Shown: positions 15,798 to 18,488 of the stretch, piece after piece
Position numbering within the stretch: the first letter of the stretch is position 1
How the letters are laid out: the number at the start of each line of letters is the position of its first letter
UHGV virus genome: UHGV-1333851
DNA length: 18,488 nt
From: a virus
Direction: 5' to 3' (one strand)
The notes under the pieces: model-generated
What the model saw: only the letters and a program-made list of their open reading frames with translations
Told to the model about the DNA's origin: nothing
Databases searched by the model: none
Translations under genes and position numbers: made by a program

Positions 15798-15800
15798 TGG

Positions 15801-18488
<2,688 letters not shown>

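Overview
This window reads as a segment of a P1-family phage or plasmid-prophage (P1/P7/p15B-like, Enterobacteriaceae), judged from protein motifs and gene order only; no database search was possible. Left to right: (1) the right-hand part of an invertible tail-fibre host-range segment, with convergent fibre/assembly cassettes, one canonical Hin/Gin/Cin-type crossover site (4599-4624) and a Cin-like serine invertase; (2) a plus-strand operon of small membrane proteins (holin-like, LydA/LydB-like) followed by Hdf/DarA/DdrA/DdrB-like proteins, matching the P1 Dar head-internal antirestriction system, ending in a small poly-Asp acidic protein and a strong bidirectional terminator; (3) two minus-strand genes of unknown function, one carrying a C-terminal DUF2829 (Tad2-like) domain, then ssb; (4) a SAR-type endolysin with an overlapping small membrane-protein gene; (5) a prohead protease/scaffold gene and a portal gene running off the right edge. 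The points most worth follow-up are the asymmetric three-module fibre segment, the DUF2829 fusion protein, and the acidic protein coupled to the DdrB-like gene. No rRNA, tRNA, CRISPR array or IS element was seen.
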